DNA of 248,000 bases from Hyalangium minutum (GTDB lineage: Bacteria > Myxococcota > Myxococcia > Myxococcales > Myxococcaceae). Below the pieces are notes generated by a model. It had not been told where the DNA came from. It saw only the letters and a program-made list of their open reading frames with translations, and made no database searches. Of this stretch, positions 75,655-86,038 are shown piece by piece. The stretch spans positions 20,001 to 268,000 of the forward strand of contig NZ_JMCB01000006.1 in the NCBI RefSeq assembly GCF_000737315.1, written 5' to 3'. The position numbers were made by a program, and so were the translations under genes. The stretch's first letter is position 1. Every line of letters begins with the position of its first letter.

Positions 75655-78600
75655 TCAGTAGTCCTGACGGGTCTGAGGCATCGGGCGCGGCTCTCCTCCG
75701 CCTCCATGCACCGGGCCGGGCGTGCCACCTCCGAGCCACCGGCGGAACTTCCCGAGCAGCCAGCTCCGCGCGTCCGCCAGGATTTCGTACACGGTGGGGA
75801 TGACCAGCAGCGTGAGCAGCGTGGAGGTGATGACGCCGCCGATGACGGCCCGGCCCAGGGGAGCGCGGAAGTCAGCGCCCTCGCCCCGCCCGAGCGCCAC
75901 CGGCACCATGCCGGCGATCAGCGCGAACGTCGTCATGATGATGGGCCGCAGACGGATGCGCCCGGCCTCAATGAGTGAGTCTCGAAGCGACAGCCCGCGC
76001 CGCTCGTGGGTCCACTTGGCGAAGTCGATGAGCAGGATGGCGTTCTTCGTCACGATGCCCATCAGCAGGATGACGCCAATCAGGCTCATGATGTTCAGCG
76101 TGTCCCCGGTGAGGAGCAGCGCCAGCACCACGCCGATGAGCGACAGCGGCAGCGACACCAGGATGGCCAGCGGATCCAGGAACGAGCCGAACTGCACCAC
76201 GAGGATGAGGTACATCAGCAGCACCGCGATGATGAGCGCGGTGAGCACATTGCTGAAGACCTCGGCTTGGTCCGCCGCCTCGCCGCCCTCCGAGAGCGCG
76301 TAGCCCGCGGGCAGCGGCACCTTTGCCAGCCGCGCCTGGGCATCCTTGAGCACCTCCGAGAGCGAGCGCCCCTGGACGTTCGCCTGGATGTTGATGACCT
76401 TTTCGCGGTTGAGGTGGTTGATCTGCGTGGGGCCGAAGGTCTCGCGGATCTCCGCCACCTGCCCCAGCGGCACCACCACCGGCGGGCGTCCTGGCGCTCC
76501 CGGGAGCGCCAGCGGGAGCCGCGCCAAGTCACTCGGGCTCCGGCGGGCCTCGGGCGCCAAGCGCACCATCACATCCCGCGTCTCTCCGGTGGGATCCACC
76601 CAGTCGCCCGAGTCCAGCCCCGCGAACGCGGGCCGCAGCGACTGGGCCACCTGCCCCACCGTCACGCCGAGCTGACCCGCCAGCCCGCGCCGCAGCTCCA
76701 CCTCCAGCTCCGGCTTCTGTCCCCGGCTGGAGAGCCCCACGTCCACCGCGCCGGGCACCTGCTCCAGCTCGCGCCGGAGCTTCTCGGCCAGCTCGCTCAG
76801 CATGCGCGCATCCGGCCCGCGCAGCTCGAGCTGGATGGCCTTGAACGCGCCGCCAAAGCCACTGGTGAAGACGGACGCCTGAGCCCCCGCCACCCGGCTC
76901 AGCTCCTGGCGCAACGTGTAGCCCAGCGCGTCCGCGCTCACCTGACGCTCATTCTTGGGCTTGAGCCGCACGTACATGAGCGCCTGATCCACGCCCGGCG
77001 AGCGCAGCGGCAACGGCGTGCCGATGGTGGCATACGTATAGACCACCTCCGGGTGCGAGGCCGCGATACGGGCCACCTCTTCCACCTTGCGCCGGGTGTA
77101 CTCGAGGTTCGAGCTGGGCGACGTCTCGACGAAGACCTCCATCTCGCTGTTGTCGCTCATGGGGACGAAGCCCGCGCCGCCGAACATCCCCTGCAGCACG
77201 AGCGCGCCCACGAACGAGCCCACCGCGAGCAGCACCATGGCCAGCCGGTGGTCCAGCGCCCAGGCGATGACACGCTTGTAGTGGTCCGCCTGCCGGTCGA
77301 ACCATTGGTTGAAGCGTGAGAGCGTCCGGGAGATGGGGCCCTTCCGCGCTCCCTTCTCCACCTGGGGATCCGCCCAGTAGGCGGAGAGCATCGGGTCCAG
77401 CGAGAAGCTCACGAAGAGCGACACCAGCACCGCGCACGCGATCGTCAATGCGAACGGTTTGAACCACTGTCCCGTCACCCCGTACATGAAGGCGATGGGC
77501 ACGAACACCGCCACGATGGAGAACGTGGTGGCCGCCACCGCGAGGCCAATCTCATTCGTGCCCTGGCGGGACGCCGCCATGTGGTCCTTCCCCATCTCGA
77601 TGTGGCGCACGATGTTCTCGCGCACCACGATGGCGTCGTCGATCAGGATGCCGATGGCCAGCGACAGGCCCAGCAGCGACATGGTGTTGAGCGTGAAGCC
77701 GAACGCCCACACGCTGATGAAGGACGCCAGCACGCTCACCGGCAGCGCCAGGCCGGTAATCACCGTCGAGCGCCACGAGTTGAGGAAGACGAACACCACC
77801 AGCACCGTGAGCAAGGCGCCCTCCAGGAGCGCCTCCTCGACGTCGGCCACCGAGTCGGCCATGCGCATGCCCGCGTCGCGGACGATCTCCAGCCGCACGC
77901 TCTCGGGGAGCTTGGGCTGGAGCGTCTTCAAGCGCTCGCGGAGCTGCTGCGCCACGTCCGTGGTGCTGTAGCCCTTGGCCTTCAGCACGTCGATGCCTAC
78001 GGCCTGCTTGCCGTTGAAGAGGGCCAGCGTGCGCGGCTCCTCCGTCCCATCCTTCACCTCCGCCACCTGCCCCAGGCGGATGGCCTGTCCTCCTCGCTCG
78101 GCGATGACGACGTCGGTGAAGTCTTCGGGCGTCTCCAGCCGGCCCTTGAGGCGGATGCTCTGCTCCTCCAGCGCCCCGGTGATGCGGCCCACGGGCGCCG
78201 CCAGGTTCTGCGCCTTCAGCGCCTGCACCACCTCCGCCACGCTCAGCCCCGCGGCCTGGAGCGCCCCGGGCTTCAGCTCCACCGTCAGCTCGCGCTCGAT
78301 GCCGCCCACCATCGTCACCTGCGCCACGCCTGGCACCGCGCGCAGCTCCCGTATCACCGTTGGGTCCGCGATGCGCGACAGCGTCGCCGCTGGCAGCGTG
78401 TCCGAGGAGAGCATCAGCGAGAGGATGGGCAGGTCCGACGGGTCGAACCGCGTGAGGATGGGCTCCTCCATCTCCTGCGGGAGATCCGCTCGCCTGCCGG
78501 AGATGGCGTCGCGGATGTCCTGCGAGGCCTGCTGGATGTCTGTCTCGAAGCTGAAGACCACCGCGAAGTGGGCCAGCCCGTCCGAAGCCGCGGAGGTCGT

Positions 78601-78843
78601 CCTGCTGCCATCCACTCCGCTGATGCTGAAGATGGCGTCCTCGACGGGCTCGATGATCTCCCGCTCCACCACATCCGGGGAGGCGCCCGGGTAGACGATG
78701 GTGACGCCGACGACGGGCGGCTTCACGTCGGGGAACTCGTCCGTCTTCAGGTTGACGAGCGCGACGAGCCCGAAGACGACCAGCGCCATCATGCACGTGA
78801 TGGTGACGATGGGGCGCTTGATGGCGAAGTCGGAGATGAACAC
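75655..78843 (-). CDS. RND efflux permease subunit
   Basis: DDAIVVREN, RLRPIIMT. Confidence 0.95.
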   Translation of the reverse strand: MFISDFAIKRPIVTITCMMALVVFGLVALVNLKTDEFPDVKPPVVGVTIVYPGASPDVVEREIIEPVEDAIFSISGVDGSRTTSAASDGLAHFAVVFSFETDIQQASQDIRDAISGRRADLPQEMEEPILTRFDPSDLPILSLMLSSDTLPAATLSRIADPTVIRELRAVPGVAQVTMVGGIERELTVELKPGALQAAGLSVAEVVQALKAQNLAAPVGRITGALEEQSIRLKGRLETPEDFTDVVIAERGGQAIRLGQVAEVKDGTEEPRTLALFNGKQAVGIDVLKAKGYSTTDVAQQLRERLKTLQPKLPESVRLEIVRDAGMRMADSVADVEEALLEGALLTVLVVFVFLNSWRSTVITGLALPVSVLASFISVWAFGFTLNTMSLLGLSLAIGILIDDAIVVRENIVRHIEMGKDHMAASRQGTNEIGLAVAATTFSIVAVFVPIAFMYGVTGQWFKPFALTIACAVLVSLFVSFSLDPMLSAYWADPQVEKGARKGPISRTLSRFNQWFDRQADHYKRVIAWALDHRLAMVLLAVGSFVGALVLQGMFGGAGFVPMSDNSEMEVFVETSPSSNLEYTRRKVEEVARIAASHPEVVYTYATIGTPLPLRSPGVDQALMYVRLKPKNERQVSADALGYTLRQELSRVAGAQASVFTSGFGGAFKAIQLELRGPDARMLSELAEKLRRELEQVPGAVDVGLSSRGQKPELEVELRRGLAGQLGVTVGQVAQSLRPAFAGLDSGDWVDPTGETRDVMVRLAPEARRSPSDLARLPLALPGAPGRPPVVVPLGQVAEIRETFGPTQINHLNREKVINIQANVQGRSLSEVLKDAQARLAKVPLPAGYALSEGGEAADQAEVFSNVLTALIIAVLLMYLILVVQFGSFLDPLAILVSLPLSLIGVVLALLLTGDTLNIMSLIGVILLMGIVTKNAILLIDFAKWTHERRGLSLRDSLIEAGRIRLRPIIMTTFALIAGMVPVALGRGEGADFRAPLGRAVIGGVITSTLLTLLVIPTVYEILADARSWLLGKFRRWLGGGTPGPVHGGGGEPRPMPQTRQDY

Positions 78844-78877
78844 GGCGTCTCCTTGCGGAAGGGCGTGAGGGTGCGTG

Positions 78878-80062
78878 TCAGCGGGGCGTCGGGGAGCTCG
78901 GGCCCAGCCCTGGCTGACGCGGGGCCTGTGTCACCTGCACGCGCGTGCCCTCGGCCAGCTCCCTCGCCGAGCCCACCACCACCACGTCTCCCGCTTGGAG
79001 TCCGGAGCGCACCTCGATCTGCTGGGCCACGTCATCCCGGAGGCCCAGGTCCACCGAGGCCCGCTCCAGCTTGCCGTCGCGCACCCGCATCACCGAGGGC
79101 GGCGTGGTGCGCGCATCCACCGCCGCCAGCGGCACGGCCAGCGCCTCCCGCGACTCGGATGCCACGCGCCCTTGCGCGAACAGCCCCACCAGGAGCGACT
79201 GCTCCACGTTGGGAATCGTCACGTAGATGCGCACCTGCCCGGTGGCCGGGTCCACCGCCGGGTTGATGCGCTCGATCTTCCCGGAGAAGGTCTGCTCCGC
79301 GTCGCCCTGCAGACGGAAGTCCACCGGAGTGCCCGCCTTGAGCCTCCCCCCGTACTCCGCGGGCATGAAGGCGTTCAGCTCCAGGCTCCGGGGATCCACC
79401 ACGGTGACGAGCGAAGAGCCGGGCTGCACCACGTCGCCAGCGTTCACCTGGCGCTCGCTCACCACGCCGTCGAAAGGCGCCACGATGCGCGTGCGGCCCA
79501 CCTGCTCGCGGGCCAGCGCCAGCCGGGACTGGGCCTCGGAGAGCTGGGCCTGCGCCTGGTGCCGAGTGAGCTGCGCGCGCTCGAAATCCCGCTGGGTGAT
79601 GACACCCGCCTGGGTGAGCTTCGCGGTGCGCTCCTCCTCGGCCTCGGCGACGCGCACCGTGTTCTCGGCGACCCGCACCGCGGAGCGTGCCGCGATGAGC
79701 TGGTCCTGAAAGGCCACGTCGTCGATGCGCGCCAACAAGGCCCCTCGCTTCACGGGCTGGCCCTGATCCGCGTTCACCTCCAGCACGGGGCCCGCCACCT
79801 CCGCGCGCAAGGTGGCCGCCTGCCGCGCCTGCAGCGAGCCGGAGATGACCGGGCCGCTCTGCAATGTTCGCGGCTCGATGCGGATCACATTCTCCGGACC
79901 CAGTGTGATCGGAGCGGGCTCCGCCTCCATGGGAGCCGCGTCCCCCTTCTGCCCGTTACAGCCGGCAAGGCCGAGCAGCGCCAGGGATCCCAGCACGGCC
80001 CCTGCCCGCCTGCTCGCCCCCACCCACCGCCCTATCCCACTTCTGATGGCCTCTGGCATCAC
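78878..80062 (-). CDS. RND efflux periplasmic adaptor (MFP) lipoprotein
   Basis: APFDGVV lipoyl motif, lipobox LAGC. Confidence 0.92.
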   Translation of the reverse strand: MMPEAIRSGIGRWVGASRRAGAVLGSLALLGLAGCNGQKGDAAPMEAEPAPITLGPENVIRIEPRTLQSGPVISGSLQARQAATLRAEVAGPVLEVNADQGQPVKRGALLARIDDVAFQDQLIAARSAVRVAENTVRVAEAEEERTAKLTQAGVITQRDFERAQLTRHQAQAQLSEAQSRLALAREQVGRTRIVAPFDGVVSERQVNAGDVVQPGSSLVTVVDPRSLELNAFMPAEYGGRLKAGTPVDFRLQGDAEQTFSGKIERINPAVDPATGQVRIYVTIPNVEQSLLVGLFAQGRVASESREALAVPLAAVDARTTPPSVMRVRDGKLERASVDLGLRDDVAQQIEVRSGLQAGDVVVVGSARELAEGTRVQVTQAPRQPGLGPSSPTPR

Positions 80063-80245
80063 CGGTGACCCCCGTCGCCGGCCACTTCACGGCGCGTAGG
80101 AGAGTCAGACCTCCTGATGCAAGGTGCCAGTGGGATCAGACCTCAGGCCCGGCGCCTGCTGGCCTGTGGACGGAGCAAAATGGAACAGCCCCCGAGCCAT
80201 GCAGGCCGGGGGCTGCCTCACCGCCGAATTCCAGAGGCGCGGCGC

Positions 80246-81265
80246 TCAGCGCACCGGCGTCTCGCTGATCAGCAGCGTCTTCGTGGAGAAGCTCCTGGCG
80301 CAGGTGGAGACCTGCCGCTCACCGCACTGGATCGGGGTGGTGGCGCGCGTCTGCGAGCTGAAGCAGCTGGCGCCCTCCGCAGTCCACTCGGCCTCCCCCA
80401 CCCAGCTCTCCGTGTCGCTCTGGACGCCCAGCGAGTCGTAGAGGTTGATGAGGTTGCCGTTCACCGTGTACGAGGAGCCGTTGCCGCAGAAGTCCGCGCG
80501 CACCATGCGGGTGCACGCCTGGTGGTGATCCTCCAGGCTCACCCCGTTCACCGAGCGCCACGGCGCGTAGCCGAAGCGCACGCACTTGGCGAGCGCCGCG
80601 CCCTCGCACGCGAAGGTGAAGGAGTTGGCGTCGTAGATCTTCCGGCCGCCCCCGCTCACGCCCTCGCGGTAGTCCCAGCGGTTCTCCAGAGCAATGGCGC
80701 CGGTGGCCGAGCCATCCGCGTTGGTGCAGATGGGGTACCACTGGCCATCCCCCGTGTTCTGGTACGACACCCGGTAGCTCCAGACATCCTGGTTGGCGCC
80801 CTCGCCCTGGATCATGTCCTCGATGCGCAGCGTCAAGATCGTGCCATCCTGCAGCACCCCCGTGAAGCGCGTCTGCAGGAAGTCCTTGCCGGACAGCTCC
80901 TGCGTGCCGGACAGGCCGTGGAAGGTGGAGCCCTCGAGCCACACATTGCTGAGCGGCAGGCTCATGCCCTCGCGCTGGGCGCCCGCGTAACGCACCGCAA
81001 CAAGCTTCGATCCCAGCGCCGTCCCGTTGACCTCCCGTCCATTGATCTCCCGGCCGTTGATTTCCCGGCCATTGTCAGTCACCAGACTGTGTGCGGACGA
81101 CTCCAGCGCGGGCGCAAGCGCGTCCCCGGCATCCGCGGTCCCACACCCCATCGCCCCACCGGCCAGAATCGCCGCCACCACCACGAACCGGACACCCATA
81201 CGCCACCTCCGCATCCACCTTCTTCGGATGCACCGGAGGGTGTGCAGCGGGGGGTGGGCGGGCAA
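80246..81265 (-). CDS. ADYC domain lipoprotein
   Basis: CEGAALAKCV, ACTRMVRADFCG; N-terminal GREIN pentapeptide repeats. Confidence 0.85.
   Translation of the reverse strand: MPAHPPLHTLRCIRRRWMRRWRMGVRFVVVAAILAGGAMGCGTADAGDALAPALESSAHSLVTDNGREINGREINGREVNGTALGSKLVAVRYAGAQREGMSLPLSNVWLEGSTFHGLSGTQELSGKDFLQTRFTGVLQDGTILTLRIEDMIQGEGANQDVWSYRVSYQNTGDGQWYPICTNADGSATGAIALENRWDYREGVSGGGRKIYDANSFTFACEGAALAKCVRFGYAPWRSVNGVSLEDHHQACTRMVRADFCGNGSSYTVNGNLINLYDSLGVQSDTESWVGEAEWTAEGASCFSSQTRATTPIQCGERQVSTCARSFSTKTLLISETPVR
81025..81075. repeat. 15-bp repeat encoding NGRE(I/V) pentapeptides
   Basis: NGREINGREINGREVNG. Confidence 0.75.
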
Positions 81266-81418
81266 GGTGAGGACAGTGCCTCAGGCACTTGCAGCGTTGA
81301 TTCCTGGGCCCCCAAAGTGGCCGTGAGCACAGAGGAAGTGGGTTTTGTGTCCTCCGGTGAGCAGCGTGTCTCAAAGATGAGAAGAGGATGGGAAGAGGCC
81401 CCCCACCCTTAATTCCCG

Positions 81419-84400
81419 CTATTTCCCAGAAGGCGGTGTTGCGCAGACGCGCAGGCCCACCGTGAGATCCCGGAGCGAGGCATCGGAGGAGTCCCGATTG
81501 GCGGAGCGGGCGGTGTTGGGGCCGTAGTAGTAGCTGCCCCCGCGCGCGACCGGCTTGGTGGAGTCCCACCAGTTGCGCGTCCACTCCCACGCATTGCCCG
81601 CCATGTCCTCCACCCCGAAGGGGCTGGCGGACCGAGGGTAGGTGCCCACCTCGTCCGGGCCAAAGCCGCCGGAGCGCTGGCCGTAGGTGCTGTCGATGTT
81701 GGCGTCATCCACCTCGAGCTTGGGGCCGTGAGGGTATTCGCGCCCGTCCACGCCTCGGGCGGCGCGCTCCCACTCCAACTCCGTGCACAGCCGGGCCCCC
81801 GGCACCCCGCCCTGCGAGAGGGGCCGCCGGGCCAGCCAGGCGACATATGCCTCCGCGTCCGTGAGGTTGATGCCGGTGACAGGCATGCGCAGCCAGTCCT
81901 GCTCGGCCCGCTGGGTGCGTTCGGCGTAGCGCAGCTTCGCGCCCTCGCGGACCACGTACTCCGGGGAGCCCGGGCTGGGCTTCAGGTGCAGCACCCACGT
82001 CCCCTGCACCCGCTCCAGCTTCAGCTGGCCGACCGAGTCCTTCACTCCCGGCGTCCGGCGGATGCGCTCCTCTTCGGGCAGCTCCTCCAGGAAGGCCAGC
82101 CACTGCTGGTAGGTCGTCTCATGGCGGGCAATGAGGAAGCCCGCCGTGGAGCGCTCGTGGAGGGGCACTGTCTTCAAGAAGTCGCGCATGGCGTCCACGG
82201 AACTGCCAAAGCGCAGGGGCCCTGGAGGCACGTAGATGAAGTCCTGGGGGAGCGTCCCTTCCGGCAAGAGCGGCAGCTTGAGCAGCCGCTTCTCGCCCCG
82301 CGTGAGCTGCAAGGGCATGGAGGCAGGCACATGGCCCGGAGCGCGTGCCGTCAGCTGGTACAGGCCGGGTAGCACCGGCGTGCCCTTCCAGGTCCCGGAG
82401 GTGAACCGGACCGGTGTCCTGGGCTCCTCGTCGAGATCCGCGTCATCCGCCAGCGGCAGGAGCTCCACCTCGGCCCCGGGTGCCTCCACCTCCAGCGTGA
82501 CGAGCGCGGGAGCGGTCCACCGGCTCCACCGCTGCTCGTCCACGTCATAGAGGCGCAAGCGCTGCAGCAACGCGGGCAGCGTGGCCAGCTCTCCCTCCTG
82601 CTCGGCGAGGAGCGCGCGCTCGTAGAGGTAGTCCGCCAGCGCCTCCCTCACGATGCCCCGGTCAGGTGCCAGCACCAGCGCGCGCTCCAGCCCGTAGGCC
82701 ACGGCGTTGAAGTGCTGGCGGACCTGGGCACTGCGGCTCGCGGCGTGCGTCCACGCGGCTTCCCCTTCGGCCTTGAGGCCCGCCCCGTACCGCTGGAAGG
82801 CTTCCGCGCGCTCGACCACCAACGCCTCGCGCTCGCCGCGAGCCTGCTCCAGGCCCCGCGTGGACTCGGCCAGCAGCGTGCGAACCTGCTCCTCGAGCTG
82901 CATGCGCTCGCGAAGCCGGCCGCTGCCATACACGAGCCCCAGCAGCAGCAAGAAGCCCGCGGCCAGGGCGCGCCGGGCCCTGCGGCTGCGCACCACCGTG
83001 CGGCGGGACTCCTCCAGGAACTCCTGCTCCCGGCGCGTCAGCTCGCCCGGGTCCAGCACCGCCGTCTCGGCCAGCTGCCGGGAGCCCCAGAGCACGTCGC
83101 GCGTGTGCCCCAGCCGCTCCCACTGCGCGGCGGACGACTCCAGCCGGGCCTGCACCTCGCGGCGCTCGGCGGCCTCGGCCAGCCAGCGGGCCAGCGTCTT
83201 CCAGCCGGTGACGAGCGCCTCGTGCGCCACTTCATAGGAGGTGCCGTCCTCCGCCTCGCGGGCCACCAGCAGGCGCGCGCGCACCAGCGCCTCCAGCGCC
83301 GCGCGGTAACGAGGATCCGCGCCCACCAGCTCCCGGTCCGTCTTCCGGGCGCGCGTGCCGTCGGCGGTGATGAGGCGCAGCAGCACCCCACGCGCGGCCA
83401 CCCGCTGATCCGGGAGCAGGCTGTCCACGGCCGCATCCGCGTGCTTCGCCAGCGCGCCCGACACGCCGCCCAGCCCGTCCAACGCGGCCTGGGTGATCAC
83501 CTCGGCGGCCTTGTCGCGCGCCTCCCACAGCTCAGCGAGGGCGAACTGGAGCAGCGGCAGCCCGCCCTCGGTGGCGGCGGTGGCGGCCACCAGCGTGTCC
83601 ACCAGCGCCTCGGACTCGAAGCGCACGCCCTTCACGCGCGCCGGGCCGACGATGGCCTCGCGCATCTCCTCGGGCGTCAGCGCGCGCAGCAGGTAGAGCG
83701 CCCGCGGCAGCTCGGCACCGAGCCCCGGCACCGCCGTGAGCCGCGTGAGGAAGTCACTGCGGCCCGTGGCCAGCAGCCGTACGCCCGTCACGCCCTCGGC
83801 CAGCTCGCCCAGCGCGAGGCCCGCCTGCGCGGCCTCCTCGGGCACGGAGAGCGTCACCAACTCCTCGAGCTGATCCATATAAAGGATGAGCCCGTCCTTG
83901 GCGCCCAGCTTCGCGCGCAGCCGCCGTGCCAGCTGCGTCGGCTCCGTGTGGAGCAACTGGGCCAGGGGCTCCTCCTCCATCTCCAGCACGGGGGCGAGCG
84001 CCGCGGCGAGCGCGGCCACGGGGCGGCGGCCCGGCACCAGGCGCGCGCTCTTCCACTTCCGGCCGTCCTCCAGCACCCCCTCCGCGATGAGGGGGATGAC
84101 GCCGGCCAGACACAGCGAGGACTTGCCCACGCCCGAGTCGCCGGTGATGAGCAGGAAGGGCTCTCCCTTGAGGCGCTCGATGACCGCGCGCTGCTCGCGC
84201 CGGCGGCCGAAGAAGAGGGCGCGGTGCTCGGCCTCGAAGGCCTGCAGGCCGCGGAACGGGTTGCCCTCGGGGATGGCGCCAGCAGAGAGTTCGTCCCGGC
84301 CGACCTGCTCCAGCGCGTCGAGCATCGCCGCGGCCGAGGAGTAGCGCTCCGAGGGCTCCCGGCGCAGGCAGCGCTCGATGACGGCGGCGAGGTTCGGATC

Positions 84401-85243
84401 CACGCCGGTCGCGGCCTCGGCGAGGGGACGCGCGTCCCGGCTGCGGACCTCCTCGGACAGCTCGCGCCAGGGCACGTCGCGGAAGGGGCCCTTGCCCGAG
84501 ACCAGCTCGTAGAGCACGAGGCCCAGCGAGTACACGTCGCTGCGCGCCGTGAGGTCCTCGCCGGCCCACGCCTCCGGGGACATGTAATAGGGCGTGCCCA
84601 CCAGCGCGCCGCGAGGGAGCGAGGGGAGGAACACGCCGTCCAGCGAGCGGGCGCCGAAGCCCGGGCTGGCGTCCGGGTCGAGCTCGGCGGGCAGCTCGGG
84701 CGGAGTGGGCGGTCGGCTCGGGCTCTTGCCGGGCTCGGCGGCGGAGGAATCCAGCAGCTTGGCCAGACCGAAGTCGAGCAGCTTCACCTCGCCGCTCTCG
84801 GTGAGCACGGCGTTGCCGGGCTTGATGTCGCGGTGGAGTACGCCGCGGCGGTGGGCGGCGCTCAGTCCTCGCGCCAGGTCCTTGCCGATGGAGAGGGCCC
84901 GCTCCCCAGACACGGGCTTGGCGAGCCGGTCCAGGCTGACGCCGCGGATGAACTCGGAGATGAGGTACGGCTGCTCCTCGAGCTGCCCCACGCGGTAGAG
85001 GGTGACGACGTTGGGGTGCTGGATGCGGGCAGCGGCCCGGGCCTCCACGAGGAAGTGGGACAGGGCGTTGGGGCCGAGGGCGGGGATGAACTTCACCGCC
85101 ACGGGGCGCTCGAGCAGCGTGTCGTGGGCCAGATACACCCGCCCCGTCCGCCCACGGCCAATGAGCCGGATCAGACGGTACTCGTCGAACTCCTGGGGAG
85201 GAGTCCACGCATCCGGGGGCGGAGAGGAGGCGGGAGAGGCCAC
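81419..85243 (-). CDS. Ser/Thr kinase - nSTAND1 NTPase - PEGA - FGE/SUMF1 domain protein
   Basis: HRDIKPGN; NPFRGLQAF, GDSGVGKSS, DQLEEL, PLLQFAL; ARHETT, WERAARG, MAGNAWEW. Confidence 0.92.
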   Translation of the reverse strand: MASPASSPPPDAWTPPQEFDEYRLIRLIGRGRTGRVYLAHDTLLERPVAVKFIPALGPNALSHFLVEARAAARIQHPNVVTLYRVGQLEEQPYLISEFIRGVSLDRLAKPVSGERALSIGKDLARGLSAAHRRGVLHRDIKPGNAVLTESGEVKLLDFGLAKLLDSSAAEPGKSPSRPPTPPELPAELDPDASPGFGARSLDGVFLPSLPRGALVGTPYYMSPEAWAGEDLTARSDVYSLGLVLYELVSGKGPFRDVPWRELSEEVRSRDARPLAEAATGVDPNLAAVIERCLRREPSERYSSAAAMLDALEQVGRDELSAGAIPEGNPFRGLQAFEAEHRALFFGRRREQRAVIERLKGEPFLLITGDSGVGKSSLCLAGVIPLIAEGVLEDGRKWKSARLVPGRRPVAALAAALAPVLEMEEEPLAQLLHTEPTQLARRLRAKLGAKDGLILYMDQLEELVTLSVPEEAAQAGLALGELAEGVTGVRLLATGRSDFLTRLTAVPGLGAELPRALYLLRALTPEEMREAIVGPARVKGVRFESEALVDTLVAATAATEGGLPLLQFALAELWEARDKAAEVITQAALDGLGGVSGALAKHADAAVDSLLPDQRVAARGVLLRLITADGTRARKTDRELVGADPRYRAALEALVRARLLVAREAEDGTSYEVAHEALVTGWKTLARWLAEAAERREVQARLESSAAQWERLGHTRDVLWGSRQLAETAVLDPGELTRREQEFLEESRRTVVRSRRARRALAAGFLLLLGLVYGSGRLRERMQLEEQVRTLLAESTRGLEQARGEREALVVERAEAFQRYGAGLKAEGEAAWTHAASRSAQVRQHFNAVAYGLERALVLAPDRGIVREALADYLYERALLAEQEGELATLPALLQRLRLYDVDEQRWSRWTAPALVTLEVEAPGAEVELLPLADDADLDEEPRTPVRFTSGTWKGTPVLPGLYQLTARAPGHVPASMPLQLTRGEKRLLKLPLLPEGTLPQDFIYVPPGPLRFGSSVDAMRDFLKTVPLHERSTAGFLIARHETTYQQWLAFLEELPEEERIRRTPGVKDSVGQLKLERVQGTWVLHLKPSPGSPEYVVREGAKLRYAERTQRAEQDWLRMPVTGINLTDAEAYVAWLARRPLSQGGVPGARLCTELEWERAARGVDGREYPHGPKLEVDDANIDSTYGQRSGGFGPDEVGTYPRSASPFGVEDMAGNAWEWTRNWWDSTKPVARGGSYYYGPNTARSANRDSSDASLRDLTVGLRVCATPPSGK

Positions 85244-85309
85244 GGTGGGTGCCTACGTGCCCGGACCTCGGCGATCAAGCCGTCCCGGGAGTCCGTACAC
85301 GCGAGGGGG

Positions 85310-85762
85310 CTAGGGCTTGTCCTTTGCCTTGCTCGGCTTGAGCATGGTGCGGATCTTGTTTTCGAGGTCCTGTGGCAAACAGGGCTTGGCGACGAACTCG
85401 TCGGCGCCGGCGTCCTTGGCTTGGTTCTCGCTGCCGGCGAGCACGTGGCCGCTGAGGGCCATCACGGGGATGTCGCGGGTGCGGGAGTCTCCCTTGATGA
85501 GGCGGGTGGCCTCCCATCCGTCCATGACGGGCAGAGACAGGTCCATGAGGATGATGTCGGGCTCGGCGACCTGGGCCTTCTCCACGGCCTCGGCGCCGTT
85601 GCGAGCGGTCTCTACCTGGAAGCCCGCGAACTCGAGGTACTCCGCATACATCTCCCGGGCGTCATCGAAGTCATCGACGACGAGGACGCGCTTCTTCGAG
85701 GGTGCGGACTCGGCGCTTGCACCCGCCTCTGCTGGCGGAAGTTTGGGGGCCGATTGGCTCAT
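85310..85762 (-). CDS. Single-domain response regulator
   Basis: VVDD, MDLSLP, AKP. Confidence 0.92.
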   Translation of the reverse strand: MSQSAPKLPPAEAGASAESAPSKKRVLVVDDFDDAREMYAEYLEFAGFQVETARNGAEAVEKAQVAEPDIILMDLSLPVMDGWEATRLIKGDSRTRDIPVMALSGHVLAGSENQAKDAGADEFVAKPCLPQDLENKIRTMLKPSKAKDKP

Positions 85763-86038
85763 GGCTCGGAGGGTCTCCAGCAAAAGAGGCGATAGGGCGA
85801 TCATTCTATACACAGACTGCACTCCGCGCCCTGCCCCCCCCACCCCCGGGGCGTACACCAGCGCGCGTTCGAAGTGTCCTGAAGACGACACCGCCCCCTC
85901 GGAGAGGTTCCAAGGAAGCAGTTCCGGGAGTCTCCCAGCGCGGACGCCCCGTCCACGGCGGCGGACGGTCAGCCATGGGCGCCGAGAGAGGCGAAGCCAC
86001 TAGGATGCGCGGCACACCTCCTGCACTTCACGAAGGGT

